This document shows positions 8,469 through 17,746 of a stretch of DNA of 64,000 nucleotides, piece after piece (positions within the stretch are counted from its first letter, which is position 1; each line of letters begins with the position of its first letter). The stretch lies in assembly GCA_018304385.1 (NCBI GenBank), contig JAGVWJ010000005.1, forward strand, positions 2,814 through 66,813, written 5' to 3'. This stretch comes from Candidatus Micrarchaeota archaeon (GTDB lineage: Archaea; Micrarchaeota; Micrarchaeia; Anstonellales; Bilamarchaeaceae). A program made the position numbers and the translations under genes. The notes under the pieces were generated by a model. That model was not told the origin of the DNA, did not search any database, and saw only the letters and a program-made list of their open reading frames with translations.

Positions 8469-9335
8469 TTAGTAGTCTTTTTTAACAGATAAGCCTTCAT
8501 CATCCAAACCAACAAATATTGGCAAGAGGCGCCCACATCTTGAAACTACTTCTTGGATTTCCGCGTGGGAAGGAAGAGGATTACTTAAAATTCCTTCACC
8601 CCATTTGGCAAGCATTTTTCTTGTAATATAAAGTGGATGTAAATTAACCAAAACAAATGCGACTCCGAATTTATTTTGCAGCTCTTTAACTCTTTCGATA
8701 GTTCTTACTGCTTCTTCTACTGCATCACGAAGCTGCATAGTTGGTACGGGCATAAGCATGACATTTATCTGCAAGCCCAAGCCAAGTTCTTTTGCCAATT
8801 GAAAAACCTGTTCCATGTGCTTTTCGCTAATCATTTTATGCAACCCACCTTCAGAAGTTCTTAATTGCACATCTTGAGTTTCATAACCAACTATAACCTC
8901 AAATCTGATGCTTGTTCTACTTATAATATAAAGAGCATGTTCTATCCTTTCTTTTCCCATTCTTGAGATAGCTATCTCAGGACGAGAGTCAATCCCAATG
9001 CATTCTAGATTTCGAAACATTAACATAGAGGTAATCGCAAAATTAAATGTTTCGTCGCTTATTTCAATCCTGCTTAAAACATTTCCTGACCCGTATAGAT
9101 TAACCTGCTTTACGAGATCTTTTTCATCACCTAGTTTTACAATATCCTCAACTAGTAAGCGCTGGTTTTCTTTTGGGTTTATACCCATTCCTAGTGTTGG
9201 AATATCACAGTGGTTGCATTGTCTTCCATAGAATACACAACCTTTAGCATTTTCGTTTTTAAGAAGTACTTCAAATCGCGGCCCTCTTGGGCTTACCCTT
9301 ATTGATCCGATTTTTCCATTTGCCATTGTAATCAA
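8469..9335 (-). CDS. radical-SAM-related / TIM-barrel-like protein, function unknown
   Basis: 288-aa ORF. Non-canonical Cys triad GCVFYGRQCNHCD (C-x6-C-x2-C). ATGA-type overlap with the upstream methyltransferase gene. Confidence 0.4.
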   Translation of the reverse strand: MITMANGKIGSIRVSPRGPRFEVLLKNENAKGCVFYGRQCNHCDIPTLGMGINPKENQRLLVEDIVKLGDEKDLVKQVNLYGSGNVLSRIEISDETFNFAITSMLMFRNLECIGIDSRPEIAISRMGKERIEHALYIISRTSIRFEVIVGYETQDVQLRTSEGGLHKMISEKHMEQVFQLAKELGLGLQINVMLMPVPTMQLRDAVEEAVRTIERVKELQNKFGVAFVLVNLHPLYITRKMLAKWGEGILSNPLPSHAEIQEVVSRCGRLLPIFVGLDDEGLSVKKDY

Positions 9336-10165
9336 CCATTAACTTTGAAGTTTTCCCAACCAGCACCGTAAGTATAACTTATAGTAAGTGAGATAATTTG
9401 TCCAGGGACCACGGAAATCTCTTTAGGCAATGGAACTATCATTGCAGGCATTGTGTCGTTTGCAGCTCCAAAATAAATACCAGGATATATTTCTACAATT
9501 GAAGTAAGACGTAACGCATTGATCTGCACCTTTGCCATTGCAGTTAATGTAATTCTAATGGTTGCATCAGGCGACATACCAGCAGAAAATAGAATTTCAC
9601 TTGCTACTACTGATGGGGTAACATCTAGCGCCTTTTCAGTGCTATCAAATTCAAAATAAGTTGTTGGAAATCTAACAAGTCCTTCTTCATCACCAAATGT
9701 TGCGTGCACTCCTTGTACCAAATTAATTATTTTTCTTGGTACTAATATAGGCTTATTTTCTAAAATTTTTAACAGATGACTTATAACTGGTATTTGGGGC
9801 TCAGCAACACACCAGGTACTAAGAAGTTCTCCGCATACAATATCAACGCTAGGAATTTCAGTTAATGATAATGCATCACCTATCATCAGCTTAATGATTC
9901 CTAATCCGTTTCTTTCAAAGTTCCTACGAGCAATTTCTGCCATTTTTTCATCTTTCTCTATAGCAATAACTTCTCTAGCACCTGCACAAGCTGCGTATAT
10001 AGCCAGCAAACCAGAACCTGTTCCGACGTCTAAAACTGTTTTTCCAGATGCAAAGTGGTCAAATGCCTTTTTGAAGGCCTGGTTTCTTCTCCTATTTCTA
10101 ACAAATTCCAGATGCCCGGCTGGTGCAAATGAACCATTATCAGTGTGTCTCAAAGCTGTTTGCAT
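9332..10165 (-). CDS. SAM-dependent methyltransferase with PRMT-like two-domain layout
   Basis: Motif I VLDVGTGSGLLAIYAACAGA, post-I VIAIEKDEKMAEIA, then a ~140-aa beta-rich C-terminal domain as in protein arginine methyltransferases. Confidence 0.6.
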   Translation of the reverse strand: MQTALRHTDNGSFAPAGHLEFVRNRRRNQAFKKAFDHFASGKTVLDVGTGSGLLAIYAACAGAREVIAIEKDEKMAEIARRNFERNGLGIIKLMIGDALSLTEIPSVDIVCGELLSTWCVAEPQIPVISHLLKILENKPILVPRKIINLVQGVHATFGDEEGLVRFPTTYFEFDSTEKALDVTPSVVASEILFSAGMSPDATIRITLTAMAKVQINALRLTSIVEIYPGIYFGAANDTMPAMIVPLPKEISVVPGQIISLTISYTYGAGWENFKVNG

Positions 10166-10250
10166 TTATTCACCCAATATAACTAAATACCACACATTTC
10201 TTATATATAAACACTTGTCGTCCCAACTACAAACGACTATAAATATTCGT

Positions 10251-11015
10251 ATGCAAAATATTATTATGGATGAAAAAGAACTGCTTGCTAAAATAGGTTT
10301 GAGCGAGAATGAATGTGAAGTATACTTAGCATTGTTAAAGCTTGGACCACTGTCTGCTTATGAGATAGCACAAAAAACAGGAATTTACAGACCGCATGTA
10401 TATGATAAGATAGAAACACTTGCCAAAAAAGGACTAGTTAGCTATGTACAAAAAGGAAAGAAAAAAATATTTTCTGCTGCACCGCCTTCAAAGATAATGG
10501 ATTATCTTAAAGAGCAAGAGAAAGATGTGCAAGAAGATATTAAACTATTAGCAGATAATCTCCAGCACCTTAGTTCTTTGTATAGTGTTTCAAAAGAAGA
10601 CACAAACGTCCAGGTGCTTATAGGGGTTGAGGGACTAAAACTTCGATTAAAAGATACTTATGAAACACCACATAAAGAGAATCTGATATTTGGCTTGAAT
10701 GAGGAAAAATATAATAAAGCATTGCCAGTTTTTATGCCGCAATATTTCAAAATACTAAAAGAAAAAGGGATAAGGGAGCGTGTCATAACGTATAAGAAGA
10801 AAGGAGTTTTCATGTTTGATAATGAAGTTACTACCTATAGATTTTTAGATACTAAAGATATGAACCCAGTAAATACTATAATTTACGGAAATAAGGTTGC
10901 GTTTATTATATGGGGTATGCCAATAACAACGATAATAATTGAAAACAAGCAACTCGCACACACGTATAGTGAGCATTTTGAATATTTATGGAAAATTGCT
11001 GATAGAAAAAATTAG
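10251..11015 (+). CDS. TrmB-family transcriptional regulator
   Basis: N-terminal LGLSENECEVYLALLKLGPLSAYEIAQKTGIYRPHVYDKIETLAKKGLV. ATG at 10251. The track ORF start at 9894 runs antisense through the neighbouring gene. Confidence 0.8.
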   Translation: MQNIIMDEKELLAKIGLSENECEVYLALLKLGPLSAYEIAQKTGIYRPHVYDKIETLAKKGLVSYVQKGKKKIFSAAPPSKIMDYLKEQEKDVQEDIKLLADNLQHLSSLYSVSKEDTNVQVLIGVEGLKLRLKDTYETPHKENLIFGLNEEKYNKALPVFMPQYFKILKEKGIRERVITYKKKGVFMFDNEVTTYRFLDTKDMNPVNTIIYGNKVAFIIWGMPITTIIIENKQLAHTYSEHFEYLWKIADRKN

Positions 11016-11429
11016 ATGTATACGAAAGGGACGAAAATGAAAAAGATACTCGTATTCGGAAACCCACTTGTACCCCAGGATTCACTAGCACTTAAAGTTG
11101 CAAAAACATTGCAAAAAGAATTTGTAGATATAGAATTTAAGGAACTTGATGCAGTAGAAGAAATACAAAACGAAGGGAAAAACCTGATTATACTTGATGT
11201 TGTTCAGGGGCTGAAAAAAACAATAGTGATAGATAATCTTGATCAAATAAAAACAACTAGCATCTATACAATGCATGATTTTGACCTTGCATGGAACTTA
11301 AAACTGCTAAAAAAAATAGGCGCAATTGAAGAAGTGAAGATAATAGGAATACCAATGAATTACGCAAAAAAGAATGCAGTCAAGGAAACAAAAAAAATCA
11401 TAACCAGTTTACTCTTAAAAAATGAGTAG
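11016..11429 (+). CDS. hydrogenase maturation endopeptidase-like protein
   Basis: KKILVFGNPLVPQDSLALKV...LIILDVVQG...MHDFDL pattern resembles HycI/FrhD-type proteases. Convergent with, and 32 nt overlapping, the large-subunit gene. Confidence 0.5.
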   Translation: MYTKGTKMKKILVFGNPLVPQDSLALKVAKTLQKEFVDIEFKELDAVEEIQNEGKNLIILDVVQGLKKTIVIDNLDQIKTTSIYTMHDFDLAWNLKLLKKIGAIEEVKIIGIPMNYAKKNAVKETKKIITSLLLKNE

Positions 11430-12696
11430 CACAACTCATGCATGGGTCATATGCCCTAATCAGTTTTTCAATTTCATATTGTATTTCGCGCTTTCTCTTT
11501 CCTTCATACAGATTCTGTTCAACGAGACGTGCAACATTCTTTTCCATACTAATTTGATTTTGGGCTGTTGGGATTACTAGATTGGCATACGTTACCTGCC
11601 CTAATTTATTTATTTTGAGATGATAATATAACGTTCCGCGCGGTGCCTCGATTGCTGCAACACCTTCACTGTCTTTCTCCAGTTTCAATACTGGGGACTT
11701 ACGCTCTTTTGGCTCCAGTTCTTCTATAATATCTAATGAACGATCTACGCAGTTAACTATCTCAATTGCCTGGGCAAGATTATTATGATAGATATTATCA
11801 GATGGAAACACCCTGAAAGCAGAACCAACATCTTCGCGAGTTTTTCGATGTAAACTGCCACCATTCAGATTCATACGCGCGAGCGCGCCAACGATATATG
11901 TTTTGCCTTCGAATTTAAATCCAAGCGCCTGCGAATATGGTATTACATTCCTAGTAAGGTGGTTAGCAAACTGTTCTTCTGGGATACAATAGTTGCGCGT
12001 AGAACAAAGTTGATCTCCAAGATAGCTAAAATCATCGTTTTTAATCGCAATATATTCGGGTTCCTGCTCTTTAAATTCAAAATTACATTTATAAAATATA
12101 TCAACGAACTCGAGCGCGTATGCGCGAACTTTTTTAAGATCAACAGCTACTGCCTTCAAATCCTCTTTTTTTGGAATTCTTACAAAGTTGCCAGGAACTG
12201 GATACATTGCATGAACTGCCCTGCCTGCAACAATGGTACTTAGCTTGTTTCCTGCAGCCTTAACATCAAATGCCTTGTGAACAAGATCATGCTCATAGCC
12301 TTCATCTGCAAAATCAAGAAGAGAATCTTTTCCAAAAAGATCAGGCAGGCAGAACAAATAAAGGTGCATTGCATGATCGCGTATATTAAGGCCATACAGG
12401 CTAAGATGGCGCAGCATAAGCGTTTGATAAGATGGAACATGGTGATATGCTTTCTCCACTGCTTCAATACAGCAGGTTAAATGTGCGATGCTGCATGTGC
12501 CACAAATCCGGGAAACAAGTTGATGGGTTGCAATGGCAGGCTTGCCACGAACTGCATTGGTAAAAAATCTTTTATTCTCGGTTATCCTCAGTTTCACATC
12601 AGTTACTTTGTTTCCTTCTACTTTGATATCTAGGTCTGCATGACCTTCAATCTTACTCAGATTATTCATATTTATATCGAAATTTCCTTTGTGCAT
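11398..12696 (-). CDS. [NiFe]-hydrogenase large subunit
   Basis: N-terminal RICGTCSIAH (RxCGxCxxxH) and C-terminal DPCMSCATH (DPCxxCxxH) Ni-Fe ligand motifs. 432 aa. Confidence 0.9.
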   Translation of the reverse strand: MHKGNFDINMNNLSKIEGHADLDIKVEGNKVTDVKLRITENKRFFTNAVRGKPAIATHQLVSRICGTCSIAHLTCCIEAVEKAYHHVPSYQTLMLRHLSLYGLNIRDHAMHLYLFCLPDLFGKDSLLDFADEGYEHDLVHKAFDVKAAGNKLSTIVAGRAVHAMYPVPGNFVRIPKKEDLKAVAVDLKKVRAYALEFVDIFYKCNFEFKEQEPEYIAIKNDDFSYLGDQLCSTRNYCIPEEQFANHLTRNVIPYSQALGFKFEGKTYIVGALARMNLNGGSLHRKTREDVGSAFRVFPSDNIYHNNLAQAIEIVNCVDRSLDIIEELEPKERKSPVLKLEKDSEGVAAIEAPRGTLYYHLKINKLGQVTYANLVIPTAQNQISMEKNVARLVEQNLYEGKRKREIQYEIEKLIRAYDPCMSCATHFLRVNWL

Positions 12697-13194
12697 TTAA
12701 ATCACTTTAAACTTTTTAAGACAATTATCAAGAGTTTTTAAAAAAACATTAGGATCCATCGGACAACCTGGGACGCGCTCATCAACCTTAACAAAGCTCT
12801 CAAGAGGATGAACTTTTTCCAGAAGATGAAATTTCTTAATGAGCGGCTTAATTTCCTTTTGAAGTTCAGCTGAAAAATTGTTCCGCTGTGCTGAAGGAAA
12901 ACCAGTACACGCACATTCCCCTATAGCGACCAAGTATTTGGAAATATGCTTTATTTTTTCAAGCTTTTTTCTCTCTTTGTCGCTGGAAATCGCACCTTCC
13001 ACAAACGCAACATCAAACGGGCCAAACTGATTTATTGATTTAAGCATCTTACAATGTCTGAATTCAATAAGTTTTTTCCACTCAAAATAATGTTCATTCA
13101 GCAACTCAACAAAAAGTATTGAACTGTCTTCGCAACAGGTAAACGTAAACCATCCAATGGCAAGTTTTTTTTGCATATTGAAAATAAGTGGCAT
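12697..13194 (-). CDS. [NiFe]-hydrogenase small subunit, minimal NuoB-like form (proximal cluster only)
   Basis: 165 aa. Cys motifs TCCEDS, GECACTG and PGCP. Directly abuts the large-subunit gene. Confidence 0.75.
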   Translation of the reverse strand: MPLIFNMQKKLAIGWFTFTCCEDSSILFVELLNEHYFEWKKLIEFRHCKMLKSINQFGPFDVAFVEGAISSDKERKKLEKIKHISKYLVAIGECACTGFPSAQRNNFSAELQKEIKPLIKKFHLLEKVHPLESFVKVDERVPGCPMDPNVFLKTLDNCLKKFKVI

Positions 13195-13226
13195 AAATTT
13201 ATTAACTTATTCAGATTGAAAGAATC

Positions 13227-14141
13227 ATGAGCAATGAAAAGGGAATAATGTTTGGATTTATTACAGCACTAATTAGTGGTGTTTCAATATTTGTAAACAG
13301 CTTTGGAGTAAGCCTAAGCGATCCTTTTGTTTATACAACCATAAAAAACGCACTTGTTGTAGTATTCATATTATCAACATTTTTTATATTCAAAAATATG
13401 CGCGAACTTTCTGCACTTACAAAAAAGCAGATTGCGCAGCTAGTGATAATTGGTTTGATTGGCGGAAGCGTTCCGTTTCTCTTATTTTTTTACGGTCTTT
13501 CGCTTGGTATAGCCTCTGTATCCTCTTTTATATTTAGGTCATTATTTATCTTTGCGTCGCTTATGGCAGTATTCTATCTTAAAGAAAAAATTGATCATAG
13601 ATTTTTTATTGGTGCGTTAATTGTTTTTATAGGAAATTTTCTTTTGGTTAAGGGTGATTTGGCATTCGGCACTGGGCAAATAATGGTTCTTATTGCAACA
13701 CTTCTATGGGCAATAGAATATAACTACTCAAGAAAGGTACTTGCAGCGCTCAGTCCAAGGGTTGTTGCATTAGGTAGAATGTTTTTCGGATCTATATTTT
13801 TGCTGGTCTTTCTTGGCGCCACTGGTAAGATTAATGCGCTTTTTGTTATTTCTTATGATATATTGCCCTGGACAATAATCGCATCATTATTCCTTTTCCT
13901 GTACGTTACTTTCTTTTATAGTGCGCTTAAATATACAACCGTATCAAATGCAACAGCTGCACTTGCACTTGGCGGACCAATAACTGCCCTACTAAATGCA
14001 GTTTTTATTGGTAAGGTTCCTGTAATAACTGAAATAATTGGTCTGCTTCTTACTGTTATAGGGGCTATTGTAATAATAGGCATCTCATCATCATTAAAAT
14101 CGATACTTCATCTAAGAGAAAATATAAGTGCGTTAAGATGA
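13227..14141 (+). CDS. EamA/DMT-family transporter
   Basis: About 10 TM helices arranged as two similar halves, typical of the drug/metabolite transporter superfamily. Confidence 0.7.
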   Translation: MSNEKGIMFGFITALISGVSIFVNSFGVSLSDPFVYTTIKNALVVVFILSTFFIFKNMRELSALTKKQIAQLVIIGLIGGSVPFLLFFYGLSLGIASVSSFIFRSLFIFASLMAVFYLKEKIDHRFFIGALIVFIGNFLLVKGDLAFGTGQIMVLIATLLWAIEYNYSRKVLAALSPRVVALGRMFFGSIFLLVFLGATGKINALFVISYDILPWTIIASLFLFLYVTFFYSALKYTTVSNATAALALGGPITALLNAVFIGKVPVITEIIGLLLTVIGAIVIIGISSSLKSILHLRENISALR

Positions 14142-14857
14142 ATACTAAAAAATTAGGTGCCGAATTGCAGGCTCGTTACTCTTTTGTACCAAACTGCCTT
14201 GGCTATTGCGGACCAAATACTTTTCAAAAAATCTATGTTAGATACCTGCAGGGACAAACAAATATCAAAAATGTTGAAAGAGAATTAAAAAAATTTATAA
14301 TACCATTTGCATACCTGAAACTTATTGCAAAAGCAAACAAAATGAAACCATGGGATTACAAAGTTGTTGAGGCATTCTGGCTTGGAAATGAATTGCTGAA
14401 CAATATAAAATACAAACAACTTAGAAACTTTATTCTACACGATTTAGTTAGGGTTGGTCTTGATAAAGAACGTGCATTAAAACTTATAGAAAAAATGCCG
14501 AAAGGCATGGTGCCGAGCCACTGCTTTCATGTTATATTTGTGCAGTTTATAACAAACAAAGTAGATAAAACAACAAAAAACTTTGACAATTGCCATGTTG
14601 GCTGGGGCAGAGTATTAACTATAAAGCCAACATCAGTTACATTGAGATATGTCGCACTTGATAAAAAGAATAATAAATACATGCTAACACCTAAAGTAAA
14701 GACGATCAAACACAGCCTCCTAAAAAATGTAAAAAAGGGAGATATTGTAACAACGCACTGGAATACTGCTATCCAGAAGATAACCAATAAACAGGCGAAA
14801 AATCTTAAGAAGTATACACTATGGAATATGAATAGATTAAACCGCATCATCCATTAA
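14138..14857 (+). CDS. conserved-looking hypothetical protein (Cys motif PNCLGYCGPN)
   Basis: 239-aa ORF with an ATGA overlap onto the EamA gene. Lys/Asn-rich native composition. No family recognised. Confidence 0.5.
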   Translation: MNTKKLGAELQARYSFVPNCLGYCGPNTFQKIYVRYLQGQTNIKNVERELKKFIIPFAYLKLIAKANKMKPWDYKVVEAFWLGNELLNNIKYKQLRNFILHDLVRVGLDKERALKLIEKMPKGMVPSHCFHVIFVQFITNKVDKTTKNFDNCHVGWGRVLTIKPTSVTLRYVALDKKNNKYMLTPKVKTIKHSLLKNVKKGDIVTTHWNTAIQKITNKQAKNLKKYTLWNMNRLNRIIH

Positions 14858-15679
14858 CATTATTGTTCTTCCTAAATTCGCGCGAACTGCTAGGCCAGGA
14901 ATAACAAGTCTGCTATCTTGCGACTCTATTATGCCAAGGCCGACTAATTCTCTAATCGCTGCGCCGTATGTAACCAAGTCGACATCCTTACTACCAAGAA
15001 CTAATTTTAATAATGCGATCTCGGATTGAGATAATCTTGCAATCCATTGGCAAGGTTTTCTTGAAATAGCTCGAACTATCGAACTGTCATCTAATTCAGG
15101 AGATTCTCTTAGAGTACTAAATACCTGATCTATAAAATAAGCTGATCCTCCGCTTAATTCTAAAAGTCTGGATACAACCTGATCGCTTAAATGAATAACA
15201 AATCCATCCAAATTAATAGTGTGAATACGATCTCTTGCCTCTTCTAATGATAATTGTGCATTCAATAAATATCTTTCAGTTCCAGGAAAATGCTCGTCAA
15301 AAACAGCTTCAACATCTGGTGCTTTATGCAATGCAAAAACAACGCGGGCGCCATTTGCGATTAATCTTTTTATTTGATTAGTATATACGATTCTATCTGC
15401 ACCAGAATGCTGAAAATTGCAAAAAGTAATTGCTTCATCTATTAATAAAACACCTGCGCGTGCGCGAGAAAGAGTTCTATAATCCAAGTTCCCGGCAACA
15501 TTATCTAAAAGCGGAGATTTGTCTTTAAGCTCCTCTGCAAGTGCGCGTAGCAATGTTGTCTTCCCGGTTTTATCCAATCCAACTATTTTTACGTGCTTTC
15601 CTTTTCTCAAAAGCGCGGCGATTTCTCCAGCCTCTTTTTGTCTTAAGGCCATAGGAACTGAAACTGCTACTGCATGCAT
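14837..15679 (-). CDS. P-loop ATPase (archaeal-ATPase/ORC-like) with C-terminal winged-helix-like region
   Basis: Walker A GLDKTGKTTLL and Walker B VLLIDEA. Ala/Arg/Leu-rich composition. Last gene of the atypical operon. Confidence 0.7.
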   Translation of the reverse strand: MHAVAVSVPMALRQKEAGEIAALLRKGKHVKIVGLDKTGKTTLLRALAEELKDKSPLLDNVAGNLDYRTLSRARAGVLLIDEAITFCNFQHSGADRIVYTNQIKRLIANGARVVFALHKAPDVEAVFDEHFPGTERYLLNAQLSLEEARDRIHTINLDGFVIHLSDQVVSRLLELSGGSAYFIDQVFSTLRESPELDDSSIVRAISRKPCQWIARLSQSEIALLKLVLGSKDVDLVTYGAAIRELVGLGIIESQDSRLVIPGLAVRANLGRTIMLMDDAV

Positions 15680-15715
15680 GATAAAAACCTTGAAATAGTA
15701 TCGTTAGAAGAATTA

Positions 15716-16717
15716 TTAACCTCTCTGAAAACGTTCGAAGATCTCTTGAAATCTTTCTAATTTTACCGTTAATTCAATAACTTCTTTGCCAAGCCTATCA
15801 ACTTCTCTTTTAATGGCCAACTTAAGTTCTGCATTTTCAGTACGAAGCCTGTTATTTTCTTGTAGCACTGAATTAGCTGCGTGGGCTAGCTCAATGTTTT
15901 GCCTTGTAAGTGCAGCGTTTTCTTCTGCAAGCCTTTCAACTCTAGGAATTAATTCAGCTAATCTCCTTTCCATGGCTTGAAGATTTGCATGTGATTGGGC
16001 CATTGCCTGATGATATGCTGCTAGTCTTTGTTCTACTGCTCCGATTGCCTGATTAAATAAAGACTCAACAAAACTTAAGAGCGTTATTTCTAATTCAACC
16101 TGCATTTTTCTAAATTTAGTAAGAGGCCTTCCACTTTTAAATAATTTTGGACTTCCATCATCATTTAGTATATATCTACCAGTTTTATCATCACGAAGAT
16201 AATCTGCCATTATTGGTTGACCGCCACCATTTAGCACATAGTCATTTTCCAAAATGCCTACTCGTCTTAATATAACTTCTATCTCTCCAGTTATTGCATC
16301 ATTAAGGGCAGTATGTGAATTTACAAGTTGTGTAACTGGCCCTTCCCTTATTGCATCCATATAAGCAGTAACATAGATTTCAACTAATCTAAGAACAACG
16401 TCTTTAAGCGGACCAAGTTGAGCTAATAATTCAGGAGGTAGATTTACATTAACCTTAAGCGGGGGTAACTTTGTGCGCCCTAACAATTCTGAGTCTTCTT
16501 CTATAGTGATATCAAAATCTGCTGGTTTTGGTGCTGGTGGTGCTCTTGACGACCCTCCTCGTGGACCTTCTACAAGCTCACCTGGTTCTACCTTAGCAAA
16601 ACATATTAAGCTTAGCGCACGCGGACCACGTGCATGTAATGGTAAAACTGCTGCCAAAGTTGGTGGCATTACATCTGAACCAGCACGACAAAGAGAACGA
16701 AACGCTAATCCTCCCAT
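15716..16717 (-). CDS. coiled-coil protein with R/G/P-rich N-module (EGPRGG)
   Basis: 333-aa ORF. The C-terminal ~110 aa are heptad-like (ERRLAELIPRVERLAEENAALTRQNIELAHAANSVLQENNRLRTENAELK). The N-terminus is homologous to the upstream gene's N-terminus. Confidence 0.6.
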   Translation of the reverse strand: MGGLAFRSLCRAGSDVMPPTLAAVLPLHARGPRALSLICFAKVEPGELVEGPRGGSSRAPPAPKPADFDITIEEDSELLGRTKLPPLKVNVNLPPELLAQLGPLKDVVLRLVEIYVTAYMDAIREGPVTQLVNSHTALNDAITGEIEVILRRVGILENDYVLNGGGQPIMADYLRDDKTGRYILNDDGSPKLFKSGRPLTKFRKMQVELEITLLSFVESLFNQAIGAVEQRLAAYHQAMAQSHANLQAMERRLAELIPRVERLAEENAALTRQNIELAHAANSVLQENNRLRTENAELKLAIKREVDRLGKEVIELTVKLERFQEIFERFQRG

Positions 16718-16828
16718 CTATCCACCATTATAAAAACTGATAAAATATGTATGGTAAGAACTATATTTAAACGTTTGTTTTAATGAAAAAAGAAGGATTT
16801 ATATAAAAAAATAGAAAAAGAAAAAAAA

Positions 16829-17746
16829 TTATTTTGGTTCTGGCTCTGCTTCGTCTTCAACACCAACTAATTTTGCTGCTGTTCGAAGTGCACCTTGCAC
16901 AACTTTCTTAACAGCTGCCAAAACATCTTTTTTAGTTGGTCTTTCATCTAAAGCTGCTTTTAGTTCTGTATTTGCTGCTTCTAATGCTTCCACTCTAGCT
17001 GCAAGAGGTCTAACTGCCTCTTGAACTGCTTCTGCAACTTGTGCTGGGGTTGCTCGTCCATCTGCTGTTGATTGTGCTTCCGAAGCTGCACTTGCTGCAC
17101 TACCTGCTGCTGTTTCTGCCTCTCCTACTCTTCCTTCTAATGCTTCCATTCTTTTAGCTGCTGAATCAGATGTAGTTTGTAATGCTCTTGTTAATTCTGT
17201 TCTTAATATACCGACAGCTTCGCTTACTGCTGCTTTAACATCATCTGGAGTTGCTTTTCCTGCTAATGCTTCTGTTAATCTTGTTTCCAACGCCGAGCAT
17301 GCTGCATCTACTGCTTTTTGATCAACCTTTCCATCTGCTGTTGTTCGCGCTGTTGCTGCTACCTGTTCTGCTGCTCCAACTTTTTCTTCTACTGCAGTCA
17401 TTCTTTGAGATGCAGAATCAGATGTGGTTTGTAATGCTCTTGTTAATTCTGTTCTTAACGTACCGATCGCTTCACTTACTGCTGCTTTAACATCATCTGG
17501 AGTTGCCCTTCCTGCTAAAAATCCTTCTATTACGCCAGCCAAAGCAACAAAAGGTGCTTCCATAAAACCTAAATTAGGAAGAGACTTTACTGCAGTTATT
17601 AAAGCTGGTGGACTACCCCCACCTCTTGGACCTTCTGCATCTGGGTCAGGTCTATTAAAACAAGGACGATTGTGCGGTCCGCCTAGGCGAGTGCTTCTTG
17701 CTGGATCAAATCCTAAAACTCTTGCTCTTTCACCTACCATAAACAC
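16829..17746 (-). CDS. Ala-rich repeat protein with R/G/P-rich N-module (EGPRGG)
   Basis: 305-aa ORF. An 84-aa-spaced internal duplication (ATPDDVKAAVSEA[IV]G[TI]LRTELTRALQTTSDSA). Four [RK][AP]T...V..AV motifs. Acidic C-terminal tail. Confidence 0.6.
   Translation of the reverse strand: MFMVGERARVLGFDPARSTRLGGPHNRPCFNRPDPDAEGPRGGGSPPALITAVKSLPNLGFMEAPFVALAGVIEGFLAGRATPDDVKAAVSEAIGTLRTELTRALQTTSDSASQRMTAVEEKVGAAEQVAATARTTADGKVDQKAVDAACSALETRLTEALAGKATPDDVKAAVSEAVGILRTELTRALQTTSDSAAKRMEALEGRVGEAETAAGSAASAASEAQSTADGRATPAQVAEAVQEAVRPLAARVEALEAANTELKAALDERPTKKDVLAAVKKVVQGALRTAAKLVGVEDEAEPEPK
17163..17266. repeat. intragenic direct repeat, copy 1 (partner 17415-17518, offset 252 bp)
   Basis: The ~104-bp copies differ at only a few positions (e.g. 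gatgtagtttgtaatgctcttgttaattctgttcttaa vs gatgtggtttgtaatgctcttgttaattctgttcttaa). Confidence 0.8.

Noticed and set aside
9894-10250. N-terminal 119-codon extension of the TrmB ORF
   Set aside because: It runs antisense through the methyltransferase gene and across the divergent promoter. The TrmB homology begins only at the ATG at 10251/10266.
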